DNA of 32,000 nt from Candidatus Heimdallarchaeota archaeon (GTDB taxonomy: Archaea; Asgardarchaeota; Heimdallarchaeia; Heimdallarchaeales; Heimdallarchaeaceae), in the NCBI GenBank assembly GCA_030668875.1, contig DAOVER010000006.1:69286-101285 (forward strand), in the 5' to 3' direction. Shown here piece after piece: positions 10,301-18,563 of this stretch. A program made the translations under genes and the position numbers. Positions within the stretch are counted from its first letter, which is position 1; every line of letters begins with the position of its first letter. A model generated the notes under the pieces. The model was not told the DNA's origin and did no database searches. It was given only the letters and a program-made list of their open reading frames with translations.

Positions 10301-10756
10301 TTATCTTAGCAGATCAGGGTGGATTTCCAATATCTTTAATTCACCATAGATTTCAAGAAGTTTGGTGGTTACGGAATACAATCGTTGAGAGACGTTACCT
10401 TTTCTATGTAACATGTTCTCGTCTGCTAATCTTGCAAGATAAGTACTGACTGTACTCATCTTTATTCCTTCTTTAAACACTATCTCATACAACTCACAGA
10501 CTTCATTAGAGGTAAACCAATCACTCTCAGGATAATGGTTCCTAATGATACTAGCAACTCTTTCAATAATTGAAGCTCCAAGGAGTTCGGTAATAGAGTT
10601 CATCTTAATTGGTTCGCGTTCTCCTTCAGTAGCAACGGCTTCTTTTCCAGTAACTAAAGCAAGTGTTGTCTTTAAACTCTCGGTGTCTCCTGAAGGTATC
10701 CTTATGATCGTCCCATCAGGCAGTTTAATTGTAATTTCTTTAGGCATTAGACTCAC
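10301..10756 (-). CDS. Winged-helix domain protein (151 aa)
   Basis: C-terminal WFTSNEVCELYE...MSTVSTYLARLADENMLHRKG...RLY fits a wHTH. Confidence 0.75.
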   Translation of the reverse strand: MSLMPKEITIKLPDGTIIRIPSGDTESLKTTLALVTGKEAVATEGEREPIKMNSITELLGASIIERVASIIRNHYPESDWFTSNEVCELYEIVFKEGIKMSTVSTYLARLADENMLHRKGNVSQRLYSVTTKLLEIYGELKILEIHPDLLR

Positions 10757-10879
10757 TTTGTTACTTGTTATGTTTACACAGTAATTTGTATTTAAAGGTA
10801 GATATCACGTTTGTCTAGGTATAGGCCAATAAAAACATACGTATTAACAAAAAATTGTTCCGACTAAAATTTAGACAGA

Positions 10880-10900
10880 CCCCACCAGTTCCATTGGAGA
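10880..10900 (-). promoter_or_regulatory. Third ORB-like element with G-string
   Basis: Minus strand TCTCCAATGGAACTGGTGGGG; 12 bp identical to the mini-ORB at 7967-7981. Confidence 0.6.
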
Positions 10901-11111
10901 GTATTATCTATATAAATAACTGTTTTCTGTATTAAATATAGAAAGACTTATATAATCATCATTTTTCTTTTATTAGGAGGCTATGTACAATTAAAATATA
11001 TTATACTTTTTTCCATAATATGTACAATAAATATCACTTCCACAAGAAACAATGGGGAGTCTGTATACTTGTCAGTTTTTATTTAACTATACAAATGTTT
11101 AAAATCTTTTA

Positions 11112-11411
11112 ATGACCGGAAATCTCGATACTATGGTTACTAGAGTACGTTTTTGTGCTAAGTGTGGACGTCCTGTCCAGGGTAAGGTTAATTATTGCGA
11201 AGACTGCACAGCTGATATTACAGCGGGTACCCAAGATAGATGCTCGATCTGTGGTAAAAGTAAACTTATGTCCCCATTGACATACAATGCTAGAATCAAG
11301 AAAGTCTATTGTAAAGAATGTCTTAATGTCTTTATTGCAGGTCTTAGAGCTAAGGAGATACCTCAAAGAGAAATTAATAAAATGTTAACCAAGGATTTTG
11401 TACCACTTTAA
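11112..11411 (+). CDS. Double zinc-ribbon protein (99 aa)
   Basis: Four CxxC pairs: CAKC, CEDC, CSIC, CKEC. Confidence 0.75.
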   Translation: MTGNLDTMVTRVRFCAKCGRPVQGKVNYCEDCTADITAGTQDRCSICGKSKLMSPLTYNARIKKVYCKECLNVFIAGLRAKEIPQREINKMLTKDFVPL

Positions 11412-11664
11412 TGGTCATTAAAACCTCAGAATCTATCACTATTTAATTTCCTTTTCTATTCTTCTTTTCCCTTTACAATAAGAAACCAATAGATTAGATC
11501 AAATCACTTCAGTTGCTCTATGAAAAAAGATGATTAGATAAGAACGGTAAACCAAAAGAAGAAGAAATCAGGAAACTTGGAATTAATTAATTTAAAAGAA
11601 TATATAAATTAAAATAAACGTGAACACAATTAATTCTTCAGAACAGTAAATAGGAGTAAATAGG

Positions 11665-13382
11665 TTATGTCAGTCTCACATATCCTTCTCTTAATGAATA
11701 AATCTCTCCATTACTTCGAAGTTGTTCTATAACTTTTTCAACAAAGTATTCTTCGATATTATTCTCTTTGGCAATCTCTTTGATTTTCCTTAAAGGCACT
11801 ATGTCGACACATCCTTTTCGAGATTCCTCTTTTATGATTAAATAGATTAACTCAAATTTTGCCTTCCAATTCTCCCCCCCTAATCCTAACAGCTGTGATT
11901 CTATTGTTTTTTTATATCCTATTTTCTTTAACGCATCAATTACAAACCATCTTACCTTCTCATCCTCATCTTTCAGACCTTAAATAAGAATTTTCATTAC
12001 CAGTTTACTTCCTTTGTTCCCTAATATTCTGGCAGCTTTTACTTGTAACCAGCTACTCTCATCTTTCAATATTTCAATTAGTTGTTCATCTGTTTTTCCA
12101 TCCCCTTTGTCCCCAAGCACAATTGCTACTCCTTTCCTTACAATCTTATTTTCTTCTTTTAGTGCATCAATGAGAATGAGTATTACTTGTTTGTCTTTTA
12201 TTAATTCTAATACCTCTACTGCTGCTCTCCTTACTTCCATATTGTCATCTTTTAGAGCTTTAATGAACAGACTAACACCTCTAACTCCGATGAATTTGGC
12301 TATTCTATATGGCGTGTCTCTTGCTCCTCTATTTGCAATCTCGTTTTTATCTTTTAACACTTCAAAAAGCAGATCACAAACTCGTTCATTTCCTTCTCTC
12401 CAACCTATATCACTTAAGGAATACTTAGCTGCATTTCTCACATTCTCAAATGAATCTTTAAGAGCTTCAATCAATGGTTCTGCTCCTAATAAGTCTCCTA
12501 TCTCCCCTAACGCTTTTGCAGCAACATGCCTTATGCTTTCATCGTCATCTTCTAGTACTTTTAAAAGTGGTTCAATAACATTTGTACCGCCAATTTTTCC
12601 TAATGCAATTACAATCTCCTTTTTTACCCGCAGGTACTGCTCATCTTTTAGTACTTCAATGAGTGGTTTTACAGCCTTTTCATGTCTTATATGTCCTAAT
12701 GCTAACACTGCATAACTTCTTATCCTTACATCTTCATCTTTCAGTGCTTCTATTAGTTGAGGGATTGCTCTTTCTCCTAAATCCAAATCTTTTATATAAG
12801 AAATTTCCATATTCTGATAATAATAATTTGCTTGCTTTCCAATCAATTCTAATGTTTTTGCTGCTTTAACCCTTACTTCCTGTGTTACGTCTTTGAGTGA
12901 TTTTCTGATATATGGTAACGCTTGTAAATCGCTAATATTCCCTAGCGCTTCTATTGCAATTAGTCTAATAACCTTATCTTGCGCTTCTAATGCATCAAAT
13001 AATGCATTCATCACACGTTGATCGTTGAATTTTTTTAATACTGTAGAAGCATTTTCCCTTACCATCTCATCTTCGTCTCCTAACATATTAAATAAGGGTT
13101 CTATAATTTGAGAACCACCAATATTACCCAATGATTCTACTACAGCTCTTCTTACATCCGAATCTTTATTTTTTAGCATTTCGATGAGCACAGAAAGCGA
13201 TTTTTTTTCAAGCCTTCTCCTTCACCCTCCCAGTATTTATCTTGAAATTCCTCTTCCAGTTTGATGAATTCAGGATCTTTAGATTCTTGTGACAATTTGG
13301 ATAGATTGAACTTTTGTTCCTTCTCTTTTCTAACTTCACTCTTCTTTTGAGTATCAGGTTCAAGCTGATCTTTCCAATCCAT
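11665..13382 (-). pseudogene. HEAT (PBS-lyase-like) repeat protein with C-terminal winged helix; disrupted by an A8 frameshift and an in-frame TAA
   Basis: ORF 13173-13382 joins 11980-13191 across the A8 run at 13201-13208. After TAA (11980-11982) the frame continues 104 codons (GLKDEDEKVRWFVIDALKKIG...GEIYSLREGYVRLT) to TAA at 11665-11667. Many LKDED..VR..A..ALG.IG repeats. Confidence 0.8.
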
Positions 13383-13430
13383 TACCTAGGAAAGAACAAT
13401 TGAATATAAAAATACAATCTTATGAATACA

Positions 13431-13500
13431 TTATTTTCACTTAAAGACCTAGTGGACTATGTTACCATTTTTTACAAACCTTTTCTACTTACATAAATTG
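13431..13500. repeat. Left direct repeat of cassette 2 (diverged copy of the ABC-permease 3' end)
   Basis: Aligns with 15661-15729; 24-bp identical core AAGACCTAGTGGACTATGTTACCA. Confidence 0.85.
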
Positions 13501-13671
13501 GCTTTAGATCTTTATTTTACGTTTTTTATTACATGAATCATACTTGTTTTTCTTATTCTGAGTTGTTTGTGTAAGAATTCCCTTCAAATACAGTTTTTCT
13601 GTCAACTTCTTTCCTTGTGTCTTTTAGTAGTTTGTTAATACTCTAAGTATGAATTTAACAAGTGATGAATC

Positions 13672-13740
13672 ATGATAAAACAAAAATATGATTCTGAACC
13701 AGGTGATGATGATATAGGACCTCCTTTATGGTGGCCATAA
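13672..13740 (+). CDS. Small peptide C, MIKQKYDSEPGDDDIGPPLWWP (22 aa), convergent with TPR-2
   Basis: Manual translation; AAGTGATG SD-like motif; TTTTAGTA at 13622-13629 (42 nt upstream); TGTCA at 13600-13604. Confidence 0.88.
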   Translation: MIKQKYDSEPGDDDIGPPLWWP

Positions 13741-13776
13741 TTAAATATCATAATTTCTTCTTTTTGTAAGTACTTA

Positions 13777-15351
13777 TTACTTAGATTGAAGCACATCCGT
13801 TCGTTGCACATCTAAATAGTCTAACAATTTATTTTCTAATCTGCTGAAACCATAATTCCTGCATTTTTTGATGGCCATGTATTGGAGAGCAGGTCCTAGA
13901 GGATCACCATTCTTGAAAGCACCAACCTGGATAAAAGCTTCCATGAAAACACGCAATTCGAGAACTTCTATCCGATGAAGTTGATTCTGATATTTTATTA
14001 AGATAGGATAAATCTCTAAATATCTTTTTTCAATAAATAGCTCATTTACAAGGCATAAATCAGAAAAAGCCTTTTCAACAAATGTAAAATCTTTAAGTTT
14101 AGGTTTTTTACTGAGTGCATCTTTGAATAATTCTATCCTTTTTTCTTTATTTGTTTGAGTTTTTGTTAGGACATATTCTATGATGTGTTGAATTCGATAT
14201 ATACTTGAATTGTTTGATTCTTTTAACTTTACAAGCTGTTTATAGTTTAACTCTGCATTCAATATAAATTCGCTTAAAAGGATAGAATCACTGTAATTAT
14301 TTTCAATTCCTTCATATATCAGTTTTATAAGAAGTTGAACTTTTTTTGAACTAAAACCATATAGTCGTGAATAAACATAGAATTTGACTAAATTTAGCGT
14401 ATGAGGAACTTGTTTTCTGCTATAAGGATCCAAATTTTTTCTTATAAAATCATCCTCAATTAATTCTTCAATCTTCTTAATATGTTCAATAGACTGCTCC
14501 AGTTTACCCTGTAATGCTTGAACAATAGTTAAATGAGATAACAGTCTAACATAGTAATAGGAATAATAACCACTCAGTTGTAGTTTTGAATTCATTAACA
14601 GATAGGATTCATTAAACAGATATTCTGATTGTCTCAAATTATGAATCAATAGTTGACCAACCCCAGCAAGATAATAAGCTATAGCTTGAACATCTTCTGG
14701 TAACTGTGTAAAGAGATATTTGTTGCTGAAGATCTGTTGAGAGATCTTTATTGCTTTTTTCTTATTTTGTGTTTGTTGATAGATTATAATTAAAATGCCT
14801 AAAGATTGTATCAAACTTCTATAATATCCTTCTTTAAAGAAATAATTTGAGCACTCTTCTAAAATTGAACCACTTTTGATATTATGATCTTCTAACCAAT
14901 ATTCAATTGCTAATGAGTAGTTACAGATATAATGGGCATATTTTTCGGGATTAGGGTTCTTCTTAATATGATTTATTGATTCCTCAAGCGCTTTCCTGCT
15001 TTTTTCTTTGTTACCTTGTATTTTTTCAATGTACCATTCAATATTATAAGAAAGAGCTAACCCCTCAGAATACTCAATCTCAATAGATAATTCTTTCATT
15101 TCTTGAACTATTTTAAATATTTCAGGAATTTTATCGAATAAGTGTTCAATCTGAGATATTTTGATTTCATAAGTTTTTACTAAAGATTTTTTATCATTAA
15201 GTAATCTGCATTTTTCTATTATTTTTTCTAGTAACCTAATATTATTCATGTCATATTTACTATTGGAGATTATAACCCTTAATTTATCAAGAAAGCTCTC
15301 CATATCTTTTCTTGATATAATTTTATCTAATTTTGTAATCAGGTTTTCCAT
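13777..15351 (-). CDS. TPR-like helical repeat protein 2 (intact, about 524 aa)
   Basis: Paralogue sharing the IEVLELRVFMEAFIQVGAFKNGDPLGPALQYMAIKKC C-terminal block; helical-repeat pattern throughout. ATG 15351 with upstream GGTGAT is preferred over TTG 15366. Confidence 0.85.
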   Translation of the reverse strand: MENLITKLDKIISRKDMESFLDKLRVIISNSKYDMNNIRLLEKIIEKCRLLNDKKSLVKTYEIKISQIEHLFDKIPEIFKIVQEMKELSIEIEYSEGLALSYNIEWYIEKIQGNKEKSRKALEESINHIKKNPNPEKYAHYICNYSLAIEYWLEDHNIKSGSILEECSNYFFKEGYYRSLIQSLGILIIIYQQTQNKKKAIKISQQIFSNKYLFTQLPEDVQAIAYYLAGVGQLLIHNLRQSEYLFNESYLLMNSKLQLSGYYSYYYVRLLSHLTIVQALQGKLEQSIEHIKKIEELIEDDFIRKNLDPYSRKQVPHTLNLVKFYVYSRLYGFSSKKVQLLIKLIYEGIENNYSDSILLSEFILNAELNYKQLVKLKESNNSSIYRIQHIIEYVLTKTQTNKEKRIELFKDALSKKPKLKDFTFVEKAFSDLCLVNELFIEKRYLEIYPILIKYQNQLHRIEVLELRVFMEAFIQVGAFKNGDPLGPALQYMAIKKCRNYGFSRLENKLLDYLDVQRTDVLQSK

Positions 15352-15482
15352 GGAATTAATCACCAAAGGTTAAAGAAACTTATATTTTAAACACTATAAA
15401 CAATTCTAAAAAAATTGCATTTAAATTGCATGTTTTACTCTAATTATATAATATTTTTAAAATAAAATAAAGAAAGAAACCC

Positions 15483-15548
15483 TTAAGGTCTCCATAAGGG
15501 TGGTCCTATGTCATCATCACCTGGTTCAGGATCATATATTTGTTTCAT
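15483..15548 (-). CDS. Small peptide D, MKQIYDPEPGDDDIGPPLWRP (21 aa), upstream of TPR-2
   Basis: Manual translation; AAGTGATG SD-like motif; TTTAAATA TATA box at 15590-15597 (41 nt upstream); TGTCA at 15614-15618. Confidence 0.88.
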   Translation of the reverse strand: MKQIYDPEPGDDDIGPPLWRP

Positions 15549-15660
15549 ATTGCATCACTTAAGTTGTTTACATTATTGTATAAGGAGAATATTTAAACCT
15601 CAAAAGAAAGAAATGACACTAAAAAAATAACGAGTTTAGATTGTTGAAATTTCAATAAAA

Positions 15661-15729
15661 TTATTTTCCTTTAAGACCTAGTGGACTATGTTACCACTTT
15701 TTCTAACCCTTTTCTACTTGCATAGATTG
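15661..15729. repeat. Right direct repeat of cassette 2 (overlaps the permease stop codon)
   Basis: Aligns with 13431-13500. Confidence 0.85.
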
Positions 15730-17497
15730 AGGTTGTTGTTGCTATTAGTATGAATCCTACTATTACTGATATAATTATTACTGGAAAGTTCGATAATACT
15801 GCATAAGGTACAAGAAAATATCTACCTATTATTGCTCCGAAATAGCTTCCTAAAGCTATACCTGGGATGATTTGCAGAAGTATTGCCGTCACTACTGATC
15901 CGTATATGCTTTTCTTTTTTATTCCTAGCCTATACAGTAGTTCGAAATCCTTTCTATACGTTAGGAAATACAGGAACGAATATACTATTATTTGGAATGC
16001 AAATATCGCGAACATTATTCCTCCTAACACCTTAAACATAGTTGTAAAACTGTTATAATTCGCTAGATTTTGCTCGATCATTTTTTCCATGCTTATTATT
16101 TGATATTCATATCTTTCAAGAATCTCGCTTATTTTATCGTAAACTGTAGTACTTATATTTTCTAACATTAGTAAATTAGAACCATTAGCCACACCCTCTG
16201 CTATTAGTTTATTCAGTGGGCAATAAACACTGTATCCTGCTGCGAAACTATCTATCACTACACCACTAATTTGGTAATCATTTGAATCATCGTACAGTTT
16301 TAATTTTTGTAGAGTGCTATTATCAAAAAACTTAGCTTCTAAAGTATCACCTATTAAAACTTCATTTTTTGAAGGATTTGGGTTGTCCCCTGCTATATAT
16401 TCATTTTCGTTGAAATTAATATTTTCATATCCTATTATGGTAGCGTATACTTTACGATCTTGACCTATTGGTATGTACACATTATTCACTATTTCAAGCG
16501 CTGACATCTCTTTTATTTGCAGTTTTGAAATGAAATACTTCTGATACGTTACGTTTATCCCTCCTAATTCAGTTAATAGTTGAGTTGATATTGAAGTATT
16601 ATAGAAATGTTCTAGGTCATTATCTAATCCTGTGTACGAGCTATTACTATATTCCTGTACTGGTAAGCTCTGATTAAAGAAATCAATTGCATCTGGCTCT
16701 CCTATAACGTACGAGTAATCTTGAAATCTACTATTCAAATTTACATAATGTGTTTCAGCAACTGTTAGTGGTCCCAAAACGAATGAAATTGAGGAGAAAA
16801 TAAGAAAGAAGCTAAATAGAAAGCTAGACAGTACTTTTCCTGATCTTAGGAAATTCTTTACACCTAGCTTTACGGATGAAGTAAACTTGTTTATTAATGC
16901 ATCAAATTCAAAGATGCTTTTGTAGTTACTTAAACTGCTGGAAGATACTTCAAAGTCTTTTTCACTGATGAATTTTAATATTGTATAATGGGCTTTAATA
17001 TAAGAAGAAACCAATATTACCAGATTCCCTCCTAGTATTGGGAGAAACCCTACATAGCTAAAGATGCTCCCAAACCCAAAAGAAACACTTGTTATAACTA
17101 AAACAATTAATCCTAGAACCATTCCTAGAATCAACATTATAGTTGCTGTCAAAATTTGATTGAAGATAAAATAGCTGTATATCCACCTACTTTTTCCTCC
17201 TACATTTTTCATAACAGCGATGTCATCTTTTTGACTTTGAAATTTAAGCTCTATTGATCTGATAGTGACAATTACTCCAATTATTATACAAACCACAATG
17301 AAAATTACTGTAATCAACGTGTAGGAACTGAAGAAAACATAATCCAGTGACATTTGGAGATTAGCTCTCATTAGTGAGAATAAACCTATACTGATTGTAA
17401 TAGCTGAGTAGGTTATTATTTGGCTAATAAAGGTAAATAGTGAGCCTAGGAACGATCTTTTAAAATCAATCCATGCAAATTTCAGTTGTCCTATCAT
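15686..17497 (-). CDS. ABC transporter permease, FtsX/MacB/LolE family
   Basis: Multiple TM segments, DIAVMKNVGG and LLYRLGIKK FtsX-type motifs, large extracytoplasmic loop, adjacent ATPase. Confidence 0.85.
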   Translation of the reverse strand: MIGQLKFAWIDFKRSFLGSLFTFISQIITYSAITISIGLFSLMRANLQMSLDYVFFSSYTLITVIFIVVCIIIGVIVTIRSIELKFQSQKDDIAVMKNVGGKSRWIYSYFIFNQILTATIMLILGMVLGLIVLVITSVSFGFGSIFSYVGFLPILGGNLVILVSSYIKAHYTILKFISEKDFEVSSSSLSNYKSIFEFDALINKFTSSVKLGVKNFLRSGKVLSSFLFSFFLIFSSISFVLGPLTVAETHYVNLNSRFQDYSYVIGEPDAIDFFNQSLPVQEYSNSSYTGLDNDLEHFYNTSISTQLLTELGGINVTYQKYFISKLQIKEMSALEIVNNVYIPIGQDRKVYATIIGYENINFNENEYIAGDNPNPSKNEVLIGDTLEAKFFDNSTLQKLKLYDDSNDYQISGVVIDSFAAGYSVYCPLNKLIAEGVANGSNLLMLENISTTVYDKISEILERYEYQIISMEKMIEQNLANYNSFTTMFKVLGGIMFAIFAFQIIVYSFLYFLTYRKDFELLYRLGIKKKSIYGSVVTAILLQIIPGIALGSYFGAIIGRYFLVPYAVLSNFPVIIISVIVGFILIATTTSIYASRKGLEKVVT

Positions 17498-17516
17498 ATC
17501 TATCCCACTAACGTTA

Positions 17517-18365
17517 CTAGTTTTCCTGTTCTTCTTCTATGAAGTCTAGCTCTTCTTCTGTCATGTTCATTAATTCTTCCTCTGTATAATCATCAATAGG
17601 TTCAGTTTCTTCGTTTTGCATCTCCATAGAACTGATAGATCTATACTTAGTATCTTGTTTCTTTTTTCTTTCAGGATGTTCTTCTTCAAGTGTTACAGAT
17701 TGTGCTCCTACACGATATATTGTCGATGCTATTTCCTTCATTTTGGGGTCATGTGATGATACAATAATAGTTATGTCTGTTGTTGTAAATATTTCTTTAA
17801 TTAATTCGCACATCATATCAGCTGATTCACGATCTAAATTACCTGTGGGTTCGTCTAATATTAGGATGTAAGGGTCATTAGACAATGCTCTTGCTATTGC
17901 CACACGTTTCTTTTCTCCCCCACTTAACTGTGCTGGAAAACTATCTTTCCTTTTATCTATCTTCAATCTCTCTAATAATTCGTCTATCTTTTTTTCTCTT
18001 TCTTCCTCCTCTCCATCAAAACCACATAATTCCTGGAAGAGGATTATATTTTCTTTTACAGTAAGTGTAGAGACCAAATTATTTTCTTGAAAAACAATTC
18101 CAAGATAATTTGAGCGAAAATCAGCTTTTTCTCTATCTTCTATTAGATCTATGTACAATCCAGCTACTTCTATTTCCCCCTCATTTGGGTGCAAAAGCCC
18201 AGTTAATATGTTTAATAGAGTTGTTTTTCCACTTCCACTTGGACCATACAATAATACCAATTCATTTCTTTCTACCTCTAAATTTACTTCTTTAAGTATA
18301 ACTAATTCCTCCCAGAATAATTGAAATTTCTTTGATATATTGGCAAAACGCACGATTTGTTCCAT
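17517..18365 (-). CDS. ABC transporter ATP-binding protein (LolD/MacB-like) with acidic C-terminal tail
   Basis: GPSGSGKTT, LSGGEKKRVAIARAL, ILILDEPTGNLD, H-loop SHD. ATG 18365 is preferred over 18380. Confidence 0.93.
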   Translation of the reverse strand: MEQIVRFANISKKFQLFWEELVILKEVNLEVERNELVLLYGPSGSGKTTLLNILTGLLHPNEGEIEVAGLYIDLIEDREKADFRSNYLGIVFQENNLVSTLTVKENIILFQELCGFDGEEEEREKKIDELLERLKIDKRKDSFPAQLSGGEKKRVAIARALSNDPYILILDEPTGNLDRESADMMCELIKEIFTTTDITIIVSSHDPKMKEIASTIYRVGAQSVTLEEEHPERKKKQDTKYRSISSMEMQNEETEPIDDYTEEELMNMTEEELDFIEEEQEN

Positions 18366-18448
18366 CTTAATCCCACACACAATTAAGTGGTAATAAGTAT
18401 TTATCTGTTTTATTATTTCTCTGTTCTGGGTAATAGAGTATAATAGTA

Positions 18449-18494
18449 AAAATATAGGTAGCGAAGTTTCGAAATGAGATTATCATTCAAGGGT
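18449..18494. repeat. Left direct repeat of cassette 3
   Basis: 46 bp matching 20433-20478 with 2 mismatches. Confidence 0.9.
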
Positions 18495-18563
18495 TCTATA
18501 CCGACGAAGAAATTAAGAGACATCTAAAAGACTTACATGAACATGATTACCCTCTTTAGAGCT

